From an uncultured Candidatus Peribacteria bacterium (GTDB taxonomy: Bacteria; Patescibacteriota; Gracilibacteria; UBA1369; 2-02-FULL-48-14), in contig CAYTWD010000001.1 of NCBI GenBank assembly GCA_964441065.1, positions 73,285 through 137,284 of the forward strand: 64,000 bases of DNA. The letters run 5' to 3'. This document shows, piece by piece, positions 18,737 through 27,883 of the stretch. The first letter of the stretch is position 1; each line of letters starts with the position of its first letter. The notes below the pieces were generated by a model. That model ran no database searches and was not told the origin of the DNA. It worked only from the letters and a program-made list of their open reading frames with translations. The position numbers were made by a program, and so were the translations under genes.

Positions 18737-19522
18737 CTAATCCATTGGTTTTGCCTGCTCCCAACAAAGAGGAAATATCACGTTTCTATAGAAAAAGGCG
18801 ATGTCAGCGTTTTCTATAAGCGTGCAGGTTATCTTACCCTCGGTAAACGATTTTATCGCAATCCAATTATTCCAAGAAAAAATACCGGCTTTCCATTCCA
18901 ATTTTTCGGGAAGTATGCGAACTTCAATCTTGTATTCTTTAGCCTTTTTATTAACTCTATTTGCAAAAGCACACGGTGGAAATATAAGTTTTGTATAAAT
19001 ATTTTTTGCTGCACGACGTTTGAAGTAATTTTCAAGATAATCCGGGCCAACGAGTTTTGAGAATAGGTCAACATAAGTAAATACGAGCACGCCACTTTTT
19101 GAATCCAGTGTTTCTTCAAGCATTTTCTTGAATCCATCCACATCTTCATAAAATTTTACAACAGGACGATTAGAATCCGGAGATTGAATGCTCGAAAGAA
19201 GCTGGCTTACATAATCAAGATTTGTTTTGATTAGTTTCAGCTCATTTTCTTTTTTTTGAACGAGATGATGAAGTGAATCCGGATTGTCCGCCACGATAAG
19301 GCGTTTTTTCCCTTTCCGAGTTTCATAAAGAAGCCCTTTTTTTATTAACTGCTCAATCGCACTATGAGCGGTTACCCGATTACATTTGAGTTGGCGCGCG
19401 ATTTCCTGAACCGTCGATCGACCAACTTTTAGTGAATGTATGTAAATTTCAGCTTCCCGTTGATTGCACCCAAATTGTTTAAGTAATGACTCAATGCGTA
19501 AAATATCGGATTCATTTAGCAT
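18737..19522 (-). CDS. TrmB-family HTH transcriptional regulator (paralog 1 of 3)
   Basis: 261 aa. The N-terminal winged HTH (REAEIYIHSLKVGRSTVQEIARQLKCNRVTAHSAIEQLIKKGLL) and the shared motif YE(D/G)(V/L)(D/N)G(F/I)K align with the ORFs at 39916 and 48596. Confidence 0.75.
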   Translation of the reverse strand: MLNESDILRIESLLKQFGCNQREAEIYIHSLKVGRSTVQEIARQLKCNRVTAHSAIEQLIKKGLLYETRKGKKRLIVADNPDSLHHLVQKKENELKLIKTNLDYVSQLLSSIQSPDSNRPVVKFYEDVDGFKKMLEETLDSKSGVLVFTYVDLFSKLVGPDYLENYFKRRAAKNIYTKLIFPPCAFANRVNKKAKEYKIEVRILPEKLEWKAGIFSWNNWIAIKSFTEGKITCTLIENADIAFFYRNVIFPLCWEQAKPMD

Positions 19523-19523
19523 A

Positions 19524-19544
19524 ATGTAGAATGATTTTCTACAT
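19524..19544. promoter_or_regulatory. Inverted repeat ATGTAGAA-tgatt-TTCTACAT abutting the TrmB-like start codon
   Basis: Perfect 8-bp arms in the divergent intergenic region between 19522 and 19688. A second inverted repeat, ATTTACATA (19590-19598) / TATGTAAAT (19620-19628), lies in the same region. Confidence 0.35.
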
Positions 19545-19687
19545 ATATTATATAGTCGAAATATATGAATTTCAATCTTAAATATTCAAATTTACATAAA
19601 TATTGTATATCAAATGTCATATGTAAATTGACATCATTTTTTCTAAGCCTAAAATGTTAACTTAAAACAAACTATTTAGACAAAGTT

Positions 19688-20680
19688 ATGAATATGACTC
19701 CAAAATCTCAATTTGTTCAAAAATTTCAAGAGCTGCTTCTAACAAGCCCACGATATAATCTTAAGCATGTAATGGCGGAAAACTGTGATTACGCAGACAC
19801 GGCGGTAAAATCTAAGAATTGTTATTACTCCTTCGGAGTTTTTTATTGCGAAGATGTATATTACAGTCGCTATTCCAGAAAATGCACCGATTGTAACGGT
19901 GTCACGTTTTGCGTTGGATGTGAATTGTGCACGGAATGCCTAGCTTGTTTAAATTGCTACCAATCCGCTTATTGCCAAAATTGCCAAGAATGTAAGGATT
20001 GTAAATTCTTGATTGATTGCTTCGGATGTAGCGAGTGTTTTGCTTGCGTTGGTCTTTATCAGAAAAAATATTGCATATTTAACGAGCAACTTACTAAAGA
20101 AGATTACACACAGCGTTTGTCTCAGATAGACTTAGCTCGTTCGGATCATCGTAAATTTATTCACCAAAGAATTGAAGAGCTTCGCAAAATTTCGCCGCAA
20201 CTCAATTTACATCAATTCCGAACTGAGGATTGTATAGGAGAAAATATAACCGAGAGTAAAAACTGCTACCAATGTTTTGACACTTTTGCTTCTGAAGATT
20301 GTTTGTATACAATCGAAGCAAACGCAAATAAAGATTGTTGTGATTTAACCGTATGCTTTGAAACAGAATTGTCATATAGCTGTGTTCAATCCCCGCTCTG
20401 CTATAACTGTAATTTTTTATTCCAAGTTGATAACTCCAGCAATTCCGAATTTTGCGCATATTCAAGGCGATTAAAAAATTGTTTTGGATGTGTTTACTTG
20501 GAAGATAAAGAATATTACATACTGAACAAGCCATATTCGCCGGAAAATTATGAGTGGGAAGTTGAGCGGATTAAAAATGAGTTAAAACAATCAAGCGAGT
20601 ATAATATGAAAATTTTTCTCGTTTCGGACTATGAAAAATGCAGAATTGAAACCGAAACGGATCCTGTTATTAAAATTTAA
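19688..20680 (+). CDS. Cys-rich repeat core protein, a stand-alone version of the central part of the 44888-54218 family
   Basis: 330 aa, 34 Cys by hand count. There are two Cys-ladder blocks (for example CTDCNGVTFCVGCELCTECLACLNCYQSAYCQNCQECKDCKFLIDCFGCSECFACVGL). They end in YCIFNEQLTKEDY and YYILNKPYSPENY, the same block terminators seen twice in each large paralog. Confidence 0.8.
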   Translation: MNMTPKSQFVQKFQELLLTSPRYNLKHVMAENCDYADTAVKSKNCYYSFGVFYCEDVYYSRYSRKCTDCNGVTFCVGCELCTECLACLNCYQSAYCQNCQECKDCKFLIDCFGCSECFACVGLYQKKYCIFNEQLTKEDYTQRLSQIDLARSDHRKFIHQRIEELRKISPQLNLHQFRTEDCIGENITESKNCYQCFDTFASEDCLYTIEANANKDCCDLTVCFETELSYSCVQSPLCYNCNFLFQVDNSSNSEFCAYSRRLKNCFGCVYLEDKEYYILNKPYSPENYEWEVERIKNELKQSSEYNMKIFLVSDYEKCRIETETDPVIKI

Positions 20681-20691
20681 TTTTGATTTTT

Positions 20692-20973
20692 ATGACTCAA
20701 ACTTTGCCAATCAATAGTGTGTGCCAAGAAGCTCAGTGTGGTAAAAACTTTATAGTTATTCCTCAAGAAATGAAGTTTTATGAGAACAAGAAATTGCCTT
20801 TGCCAGATTACTGTCCCGCTTGTAGGCATAAACAGAGAATGGCACTTAGAACCGAAAGAACTTTATATAAAAGAAGCTGTGACAAATGCCAACAGTCAAT
20901 TTTGTCTGTGTATCCACAAGAATCTCCTTACAAAATTTATTGTCAAAAGTGTTTTTGGGAAAATATAGGCTAA
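20692..20973 (+). CDS. Stand-alone double zinc-ribbon module, the same module that caps the large Cys-rich paralogs
   Basis: MTQTLPINSVCQEAQCGKNFIVIPQEMKFYENKKLPLPDYCPACRHKQRMALRTERTLYKRSCDKCQQSILSVYPQESPYKIYCQKCFWENIG. The ORF track starts at TTG 20683, but ATG 20692 is the more likely start. Confidence 0.75.
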   Translation: MTQTLPINSVCQEAQCGKNFIVIPQEMKFYENKKLPLPDYCPACRHKQRMALRTERTLYKRSCDKCQQSILSVYPQESPYKIYCQKCFWENIG

Positions 20974-23018
20974 CTTACAATAGCCTTAATCCTTCTCACT
21001 CCGCTCGAACTCGCTTCCTCTTTCACGATTTTAAAGGAACCAAGTTCGCCGGTGTGATCAACGTGAGGGCCGCCGCAAATTTCTTTCGAAAAATCTCCCA
21101 TAAAATAAACCTTAACTTTTCCGCCCAGTTCGCCTTCATATTTATCAACGAAAATTCCCGTCGCGTTAATTTTTCTAGCCTCTTCAACAGTCATTTCTTT
21201 GAAGGAAACAGGATAATCGGCCTTAATTGCATCGTTCACGAATTTCTCAACTTTTGCCAACTCCTCGGCGGTCAATTTTCTGTCGAAATTAAAATCAAAT
21301 CGAAGCCTTTCTTGAGTAATATTTGATCCGCGTTGCTCAATGTGATTTCCAAAAAGTCTGCGCAAACTTTCAAGCATCAAATGAGTTGCCGTGTGTAATT
21401 TTCTACTTTCATGACTGTGATCCGCAAGTCCACCGGCGAATTTCTGCTCGGCTCCTGCTCGCGATTTTTCTTGATGTGCTTGATAGGCTTTATCGAAGCC
21501 TTCGCGGTCAACTTCAACTCCGCGTTCTTTCATAATCTCCACAGTCATTTCAAGCGGAAAACCAAAACTTTCGTAATAAAGAAAAGCTCGATCTCCGCGC
21601 AAAGTCCAACCCGATTCCCTCAAAAAATTCGCTTTTTCTCTCACCAGCCGAAGAGAATCTTCGGCCAATTCCTTACCTGCGGCTTCCCCCTTAAATTCAG
21701 CGCGCAATTTTCCCATCAAAGGCCTTAAAGTTTTATTGAAAACTTCCAAACATTCCGCGGAAGAAATCACAGTTGAAACCGCATTCAGTGCTTTTTCAAG
21801 CTGTGAAACCGTATTCTCGCTACTCAAAATTTCAAGCGCTTCTTTCACTCTTTCCACATCTTTTTCAATTTCAATTTCGCCGGCCGTTAAAGCATTTTGA
21901 AACTGTTCTTCTTCTTTTTTCAACTCGTCTAAAATTCTTTTTTCATATTTAATAAGTTCCTTGTAATAATCTCCGTAAATTCCCAAAAACAGTCTTGCGA
22001 TTTGAACCGTAAAACCTTCTGAAATTCCCATTTTTCTGCCGTGCCTTATCGCTCGACGGATAATTTTTCTAAGTACATAGCCCTGATCATTATTCGATGG
22101 AGTGACTCCACGATCGTCGCCCAAAATAAATACAGCGGCGCGCAAATGATCAGCCAAAATTCTTCCACCAACTTCATCATAATTCTTCGCGATTTCTTTG
22201 ATTCTTTTTATTACCGGCTCAAAAAGTTCGGTCTCAAAAGGCGTTTTTTTCTCTTGTAAAAGCGCTGCGACTCGCTCAAGACCCATTCCCGTGTCCACAT
22301 TTTTTTGCTTCAAAGGTGTGAATGTCCCGTCTTCATTTTTGTTGTACTGCATGAAAACGTCGTTCCAAATTTCCACAAATCTTCCGCACTCGCAATTTGG
22401 ATGACACTCTCCACTCGCGATTGGATATTTTGCAATTGCCTCCGCCGAAGCCTCGGGTTTGTGTTCATTCATCGAAAGTCCCGGACATTTATCATAAAAC
22501 ATCTCGGTATCCGGACCGCATGGACCGGTTAAACCTGCAGGTCCCCACCAGTTTTTTTTCTTTTCATAAAAATAAACCGTCATCCCAAGTTCCCGCCAAA
22601 TTTCCGCCGCTTCGTCATCACGAGGCGCGTTTTCATCTCCTTCAAAACATGTCACCAAAATTCGATTTTTATCAATTCCCAACTCGTTCGTCAAAAATTC
22701 GTAAGACATTTTTATAGCCTCTTCTTTGAAATAATCTCCAAGCGACCAATTCCCCAGCATCTCAAAAAAAGTAAGATGTGATTCATCTCCAACTTCGTCA
22801 ATGTCATCCGTTCGCAAACATTTTTGAACATCCACAAGTCGCTTTCCTTCGGGATGTTTTTCTCCCAACAAATAAGGCACAAGCGGATGCATCCCCGCAG
22901 TCGTAAATAAAACAGTCGGATCATTTTCCGGAAGCAAACTTGAGCCTTTTATCTCTCTATGCTCATGTTTTTCAACGAAGAATTTAATGAATTTTTGTCT
23001 GAGTTCATCTGCTTTCAT
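20970..23018 (-). CDS. alaS: Alanine--tRNA ligase, short form ending after the editing domain
   Basis: 682 aa. FTTAGMHPLVPYLLG, NWSLGDYFK, the editing-domain HTATHLM and CGGPHV motifs are present. The protein ends ..GVRRIKAIVS, where canonical enzymes continue into the C-Ala domain. Confidence 0.9.
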   Translation of the reverse strand: MKADELRQKFIKFFVEKHEHREIKGSSLLPENDPTVLFTTAGMHPLVPYLLGEKHPEGKRLVDVQKCLRTDDIDEVGDESHLTFFEMLGNWSLGDYFKEEAIKMSYEFLTNELGIDKNRILVTCFEGDENAPRDDEAAEIWRELGMTVYFYEKKKNWWGPAGLTGPCGPDTEMFYDKCPGLSMNEHKPEASAEAIAKYPIASGECHPNCECGRFVEIWNDVFMQYNKNEDGTFTPLKQKNVDTGMGLERVAALLQEKKTPFETELFEPVIKRIKEIAKNYDEVGGRILADHLRAAVFILGDDRGVTPSNNDQGYVLRKIIRRAIRHGRKMGISEGFTVQIARLFLGIYGDYYKELIKYEKRILDELKKEEEQFQNALTAGEIEIEKDVERVKEALEILSSENTVSQLEKALNAVSTVISSAECLEVFNKTLRPLMGKLRAEFKGEAAGKELAEDSLRLVREKANFLRESGWTLRGDRAFLYYESFGFPLEMTVEIMKERGVEVDREGFDKAYQAHQEKSRAGAEQKFAGGLADHSHESRKLHTATHLMLESLRRLFGNHIEQRGSNITQERLRFDFNFDRKLTAEELAKVEKFVNDAIKADYPVSFKEMTVEEARKINATGIFVDKYEGELGGKVKVYFMGDFSKEICGGPHVDHTGELGSFKIVKEEASSSGVRRIKAIVS

Positions 23019-23030
23019 GTGACGATTTTA

Positions 23031-24092
23031 TCATAAACAATCTTTTTCTCCAGTAATTTCCATATCGTCGCCAACAGATAACTCAGATTGCATAACAGAA
23101 CTAGGATCAATCTCAGCAATCACTCCAAAAGTTGCTTTTGGAGTATCAGGTCTTCTCGGCCTGTTTTTAGTCAACCATTTTCCGGGTTCAGCAGTAACTT
23201 GAGCATTTTCAGGATCAATGTTAGGTACAGGACATCTTACACACATTTCACCAAATTTTAGCCTTAAATCACCAATTTCCGCGCTATCAACTAAATCCTC
23301 AAGATTTGTAAGAATTTGGTCCAGTACAATATTTGGACGGAATGAGCCCTGAAAAACTTCTCTTCGATCATATCCATGCTCTTTAAGTAAACCCTTATTC
23401 AACCAATCAAGTGTTGATTTACTGGTTATTAATAGTTGACCACCATCACTATATAGAATTCTGGAATGATCACCTCTTCTATGTCTTTCTTCAACTTGTC
23501 TTTCAAAGTCTGAATTTCGAACAATAACTTCGACTTCATCCGGATTAAAACTGCCATTACGTGAGGGCCATTTTTTTAAAAAGTCACGTATCCATTCCGT
23601 TACAGATCCATTTTCCACCACACCTGACACTAATTCACCGTCATCAAACATTCTTGTAAGCACGGGCTCACCACTTTTCCCATGTAAATCCTCGGCCTTT
23701 AATGTAAACTTAGTATCATCAGGAGCAATATAATCCATTGTCCCAAATTGTCTTCCGCCCGCCTTTATCAATGAAAGCTGTGGAGCATTTCTTTGGCTAA
23801 ATCTTACAAAGTCAAATTTCACATCATTACATTCACCCGGTTTTCTAAGAGCTAACATCGCCATCCTATCTTTAAATCCATCAATTGTTTCCAATCCATC
23901 TTTGCCAATCTTCAATGATGCTTCTCTTGATCCGGCCAAGGCCTTTAAAGGGTGAATTCTCAAACTCAAAATTCTTGCACGCACACCCTTTATATCTTCG
24001 GGTATTCCAGCCAAGGTTTCTCTATAATCTTTTAATTCGTTTTCCGCACTTTTCCTAGATGCCATCAGTGCCTCTCTGTATTCAAGCGACAT
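23031..24092 (-). CDS. MOSC-domain protein (YcbX-like, MOSC_N plus MOSC)
   Basis: 353 aa. FRPNIVLD and CVRCPVPNIDPE match the MOSC FRPN / C-x-R-C core. Confidence 0.65.
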   Translation of the reverse strand: MSLEYREALMASRKSAENELKDYRETLAGIPEDIKGVRARILSLRIHPLKALAGSREASLKIGKDGLETIDGFKDRMAMLALRKPGECNDVKFDFVRFSQRNAPQLSLIKAGGRQFGTMDYIAPDDTKFTLKAEDLHGKSGEPVLTRMFDDGELVSGVVENGSVTEWIRDFLKKWPSRNGSFNPDEVEVIVRNSDFERQVEERHRRGDHSRILYSDGGQLLITSKSTLDWLNKGLLKEHGYDRREVFQGSFRPNIVLDQILTNLEDLVDSAEIGDLRLKFGEMCVRCPVPNIDPENAQVTAEPGKWLTKNRPRRPDTPKATFGVIAEIDPSSVMQSELSVGDDMEITGEKDCL

Positions 24093-24177
24093 ATCTATAA
24101 ATTATAGTTACCAAACATATCACTCTCGGCTTCCTTTGTCTAGACATTCAGGTATAATTATTCGGCAATAAACGCCC

Positions 24178-25776
24178 ATGGAAGAGAAGAAATCAAATTT
24201 TAAGGAGAAACTCGTAAAAGCGGCTTACAAGACGCAACTTTATGTTTCAGAAAGTTTGTTGATCGCCAGCGTTTTGCTTGCTGTCCTGATTTTTTTCTTT
24301 TTCCTATACATGCGAGGTCAAAAACTTCCGGATTTAGCCTCAATTTTACCGGCAGAGGAAACTTTTGCCTTCGCGACTTTTTCCATGAAAGATTACTTGG
24401 CTTCGGCTGATGCTTTACCATCAGACAGTCCTTTCGCCGTTTCAAAATTGCAAATTCCTTTTGAATATTATCTTGGTTCCACTCCTTCAAAATTGGATTT
24501 TATTGACGACAAACTTGGACTCGCCTTTGTTTCGGAAGAGCCTGTGATTTTTTTCAAAATTAAATCCAAAAACAAAGCTCTCGATTATTTAAAAACCCTT
24601 TTGGTTCCGGGTGAGGAACTCACTGAAGATGAAAATGTTTATTCTTACCCAACTTCGCACCCTTTTTCTTTTGCCTTTACCAAAAATCTTTTGGCATTTT
24701 CTCTAAAGCCGGAAATTCTAAAGGAAATCCTGGATGATAATCAAAAAATCAGTGAGACTGAAAATTATCAAAATCTACGTTCACGTTTGCAATATTTTTC
24801 GTCCTCTTTTTTCTACTCTAATTTGCCAAAAACCAGACTTTACATCACTCAAGCTTTCGCAAAAATCGGTCTTAACGAACCGGGTTTCATGGAATCTCTT
24901 TTTCAGATTTTTTCATCTTTTGGAGGCACAATCACAATGAGCGACACAGGTTGGAATATGGAAACTTTTACGGCGGTCGATAAAAGTAGAATTGGAGGAA
25001 AAGCTTTCTTTAGCTATGACACGAAATACGAACAAAAATTTCTGCCTTATTTGAGCGACAATTTTTTGTTCGAATGGGGCGGACACAACGTTAAAGCCCA
25101 AGTTTTCAGAATAATTGATCTCTTAAATAATTTACATTCAAGCTCAGCACTCATTTTTGAATCGTCAATAAAGGCGATAGCGCTTAAATATTTTGGAGAA
25201 GGAATTGATTTGGAAAAAGAAATTTATCCACTTCTGGATGGTGAATACTTATTTGCTATGGGGCCGGAATCAGACGTTTTAATTCTTGAACTTAATCCTG
25301 ATGAAGCCACCGAAGTTTATAAACTCCGCGATTTATTTTCCAGAACCTTTCTTTACAAATATGAAAGACAAGTTGAAGTGGAAATCGACGGTAATAAAAT
25401 CAATGAAACTCAGGCCACTCTATTGCCTTTAACTCAGATTGAAAAAACTTATGAAAATCACAATTATGTTGAATGGAAAGCCGGAGAAAAATCTGTCGCC
25501 GCGGTTGCAATTTTAGATGACAAAGTGATTGTTTCGACAAGTGAAAAAGATCTTTTTGACATTTTAGACAAAATGGACGGTCGGGCAGAAAAACGCTCAA
25601 TCCGCACTTTCGGCCAGTTATTAGCAGGTTCGGACGAAATTTCGGTTCTTCACACTGATCTTCTCCCCGAAGGAAATATTTTAAAAGAACTCTTTAAGGG
25701 CTTTAAAAATTTTGCAACAACACGTAAAGTGTTCGATGACGGTATATTCACTAGACACTCACTTCTGTTCAAATGA
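24178..25776 (+). CDS. Membrane-anchored hypothetical protein
   Basis: 532 aa with a single N-terminal transmembrane helix (LLIASVLLAVLIFFFFLY). I recognise no family. ATGA overlap with the next gene. Confidence 0.6.
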   Translation: MEEKKSNFKEKLVKAAYKTQLYVSESLLIASVLLAVLIFFFFLYMRGQKLPDLASILPAEETFAFATFSMKDYLASADALPSDSPFAVSKLQIPFEYYLGSTPSKLDFIDDKLGLAFVSEEPVIFFKIKSKNKALDYLKTLLVPGEELTEDENVYSYPTSHPFSFAFTKNLLAFSLKPEILKEILDDNQKISETENYQNLRSRLQYFSSSFFYSNLPKTRLYITQAFAKIGLNEPGFMESLFQIFSSFGGTITMSDTGWNMETFTAVDKSRIGGKAFFSYDTKYEQKFLPYLSDNFLFEWGGHNVKAQVFRIIDLLNNLHSSSALIFESSIKAIALKYFGEGIDLEKEIYPLLDGEYLFAMGPESDVLILELNPDEATEVYKLRDLFSRTFLYKYERQVEVEIDGNKINETQATLLPLTQIEKTYENHNYVEWKAGEKSVAAVAILDDKVIVSTSEKDLFDILDKMDGRAEKRSIRTFGQLLAGSDEISVLHTDLLPEGNILKELFKGFKNFATTRKVFDDGIFTRHSLLFK

Positions 25777-27869
25777 ATCTCAAATTAGACATTGGCCCGG
25801 AGATTTTGGGAGAAGAAGACATGCCTGTTGTCTCCGAACATTTGTTGAATCTTAAATCTGCCGATGGAGAAAAAAAATCACAGGCGCATGAAAATGTGAC
25901 TCTCGATACAAAAGAAGAAATCAGATCGCAAAGAACTGCTTCCGGCCGAATTTGCATTGTTGGAGAAATTTCAGCTGATAAGCAGGGTCTTGGAAGAATT
26001 GGAATGATTGCAGCCGCAGTATTTTTAATCATACTTTTAAATCTCGGTCAGGTTTTATTTCTTGGGAAAACGAAAGGTAACGAAGCCCTTGCCTCAGCCG
26101 CTCAAGCCTTTACCTCCTTGAAAGGCGCGGGTCAGTCTGTAATTTTAGGAGAAAATGGCGCAGACATGATTCTTTTTGACCAAGCGGAAAAACTTTTTGC
26201 GGATGCGGAGGAGAAAAGTAAATTTCTACTCGTTCATGAATCCGAATGGTTGGCTGAACCAAACGAAGTCAAAAGTCTAAGAAATATTCTTTCCGCAGGA
26301 ACCTTAATTGCGGAAGTAGGTCAACATATTTCAGCCTCAAAAACCGCTTTCTCCAGCCTACCAAAAGAAGGCTCCCTAACTGAATATTTAGACCAAATTT
26401 CAATAAATAATCTTGAGCCCGCTTCCGAAAAACTGAATCAAATTAACACACTTCTCGCTGAGGTTGATCTGAGCTCAACAGGTTATGAAACAAAATTTAT
26501 TGATTTCAGAGAAAAAGTTAAGGCACTTTCGGCAATGTTTCAAATGTGGGTTCAAAATAAAGACGCCGTTCTCACTCTACTCGGCAATCGCTATCCACAG
26601 CGCTATCTTGTACTTTTGATGAACAATGACGAAATGCGTCCGGGAGGCGGATTTATTGGAAGTTTTGTTTTGGTTGATATAAATGACGGTCGTCTCACAA
26701 ATTATGAATTCCATGACGTTTACGAATACGACGGTATTTTTCAACAAATTCTCGAAGTTCCAATTCATGAACTGAAATCTCTTACTAGTGCTTGGAAAAT
26801 GCGTGATAGTAATATTTCTCCCGATTTCACTTACTCCGCGCAAAAAGCCGCTTGGTTTCTTGAGCAAGAAGGCGGCCCAGGAGTTGATGGCGTAATCGGA
26901 GTCAATCTTTCCGCAATGCAAGCGATGCTTGAAGAAACCGGTCCGCTTGTTGTGCCCTCTTTAACAAAAGCAATTTCCGCGGAAACCTTGCCAACTCTTT
27001 TGAGTACACTCGTTGAATCAAAATACTACGGAGCTTCTTCCCCAAAACAAATTTTAAATGAACTCGTAAAATCATTCATTGAAAAGGTTAAAGATACTGA
27101 AATTGACCGAAAGCTCGCTGCGCGAGTTATGCTTGAAGCCGGGAAAAAACAAATTCTTGCTTACTCCAAATTTCCTGAAGTTGAAGCGCTAATCACTCAG
27201 TTGCACTTAGACGGAGCAATGCCAAAACTTTCAACTGTGAGTGATGATTATTTCATGCCGATTTTCACAAACATTGGCGCGAACAAAAGCGATCGTTACA
27301 TGCAAACGTCAATCAATCACGACACACAAATTCTAAATGATGGTGGAGTTATTGGCACGGTGTCAATTTCTCGAACTCACAGCTTCAGTGATTCAACACT
27401 TTCTTGGATAAAACAAATCGCTAAAGATTACGGTTTCACAAAATGGAATTCTGATCTCGAAAAAGTGCTTGGGAACTCCCCAAATAAAACAGGAATTCGT
27501 ATTTACCTTCCGGAAGGCTCAAAAATCCTTTCAACTTCCGGCGTTCTCCGTGACGACGTTCAATTCTACTACGATCCACTCGAAGAAGTTTCTTATTTTT
27601 ACACCGAACTGAGCGTAAATCCGGCTGAAACAAAATCATTTTCAATTCAATATTCACTTCCTCAGTCTTTCAAAGGTGATTTCAAAGAATACAATTTCCA
27701 TGTATACAAGCAACCGGGTCTAAAAAGCATAAACTTTACAAAAACTTTTACTTCCGAACGCACCTTGCTTTCAAGCTATCCAATTCCAAGTTCCACAGAT
27801 CCACTTTATAATTACGTACTAAAAAATAACTTCGAGTCGGATACGGACATGAAGTTGCTTTACCATTAG
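25773..27869 (+). CDS. DUF4012-domain membrane-anchored protein
   Basis: 698 aa. A transmembrane helix is followed by LLMNNDEMRPGGGFIGSF, which resembles the DUF4012 core N-x-E-x-R-x-(T/G)GG-x-(I/P)G-(S/A). Confidence 0.65.
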   Translation: MNLKLDIGPEILGEEDMPVVSEHLLNLKSADGEKKSQAHENVTLDTKEEIRSQRTASGRICIVGEISADKQGLGRIGMIAAAVFLIILLNLGQVLFLGKTKGNEALASAAQAFTSLKGAGQSVILGENGADMILFDQAEKLFADAEEKSKFLLVHESEWLAEPNEVKSLRNILSAGTLIAEVGQHISASKTAFSSLPKEGSLTEYLDQISINNLEPASEKLNQINTLLAEVDLSSTGYETKFIDFREKVKALSAMFQMWVQNKDAVLTLLGNRYPQRYLVLLMNNDEMRPGGGFIGSFVLVDINDGRLTNYEFHDVYEYDGIFQQILEVPIHELKSLTSAWKMRDSNISPDFTYSAQKAAWFLEQEGGPGVDGVIGVNLSAMQAMLEETGPLVVPSLTKAISAETLPTLLSTLVESKYYGASSPKQILNELVKSFIEKVKDTEIDRKLAARVMLEAGKKQILAYSKFPEVEALITQLHLDGAMPKLSTVSDDYFMPIFTNIGANKSDRYMQTSINHDTQILNDGGVIGTVSISRTHSFSDSTLSWIKQIAKDYGFTKWNSDLEKVLGNSPNKTGIRIYLPEGSKILSTSGVLRDDVQFYYDPLEEVSYFYTELSVNPAETKSFSIQYSLPQSFKGDFKEYNFHVYKQPGLKSINFTKTFTSERTLLSSYPIPSSTDPLYNYVLKNNFESDTDMKLLYH

Positions 27870-27883
27870 TTTACTCGTTTGGA

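Noticed and set aside
20780-22924. Multiple 60-146-aa ORFs on the plus strand, and one on the minus strand, across alaS (20780, 20886, 21323, 21411, 22041, 22198, 22305, 22397, 22712)
   Set aside because: All are nested in or antisense to a 682-aa ORF with unambiguous AlaRS motifs. They have low-complexity, stop-poor antisense character.
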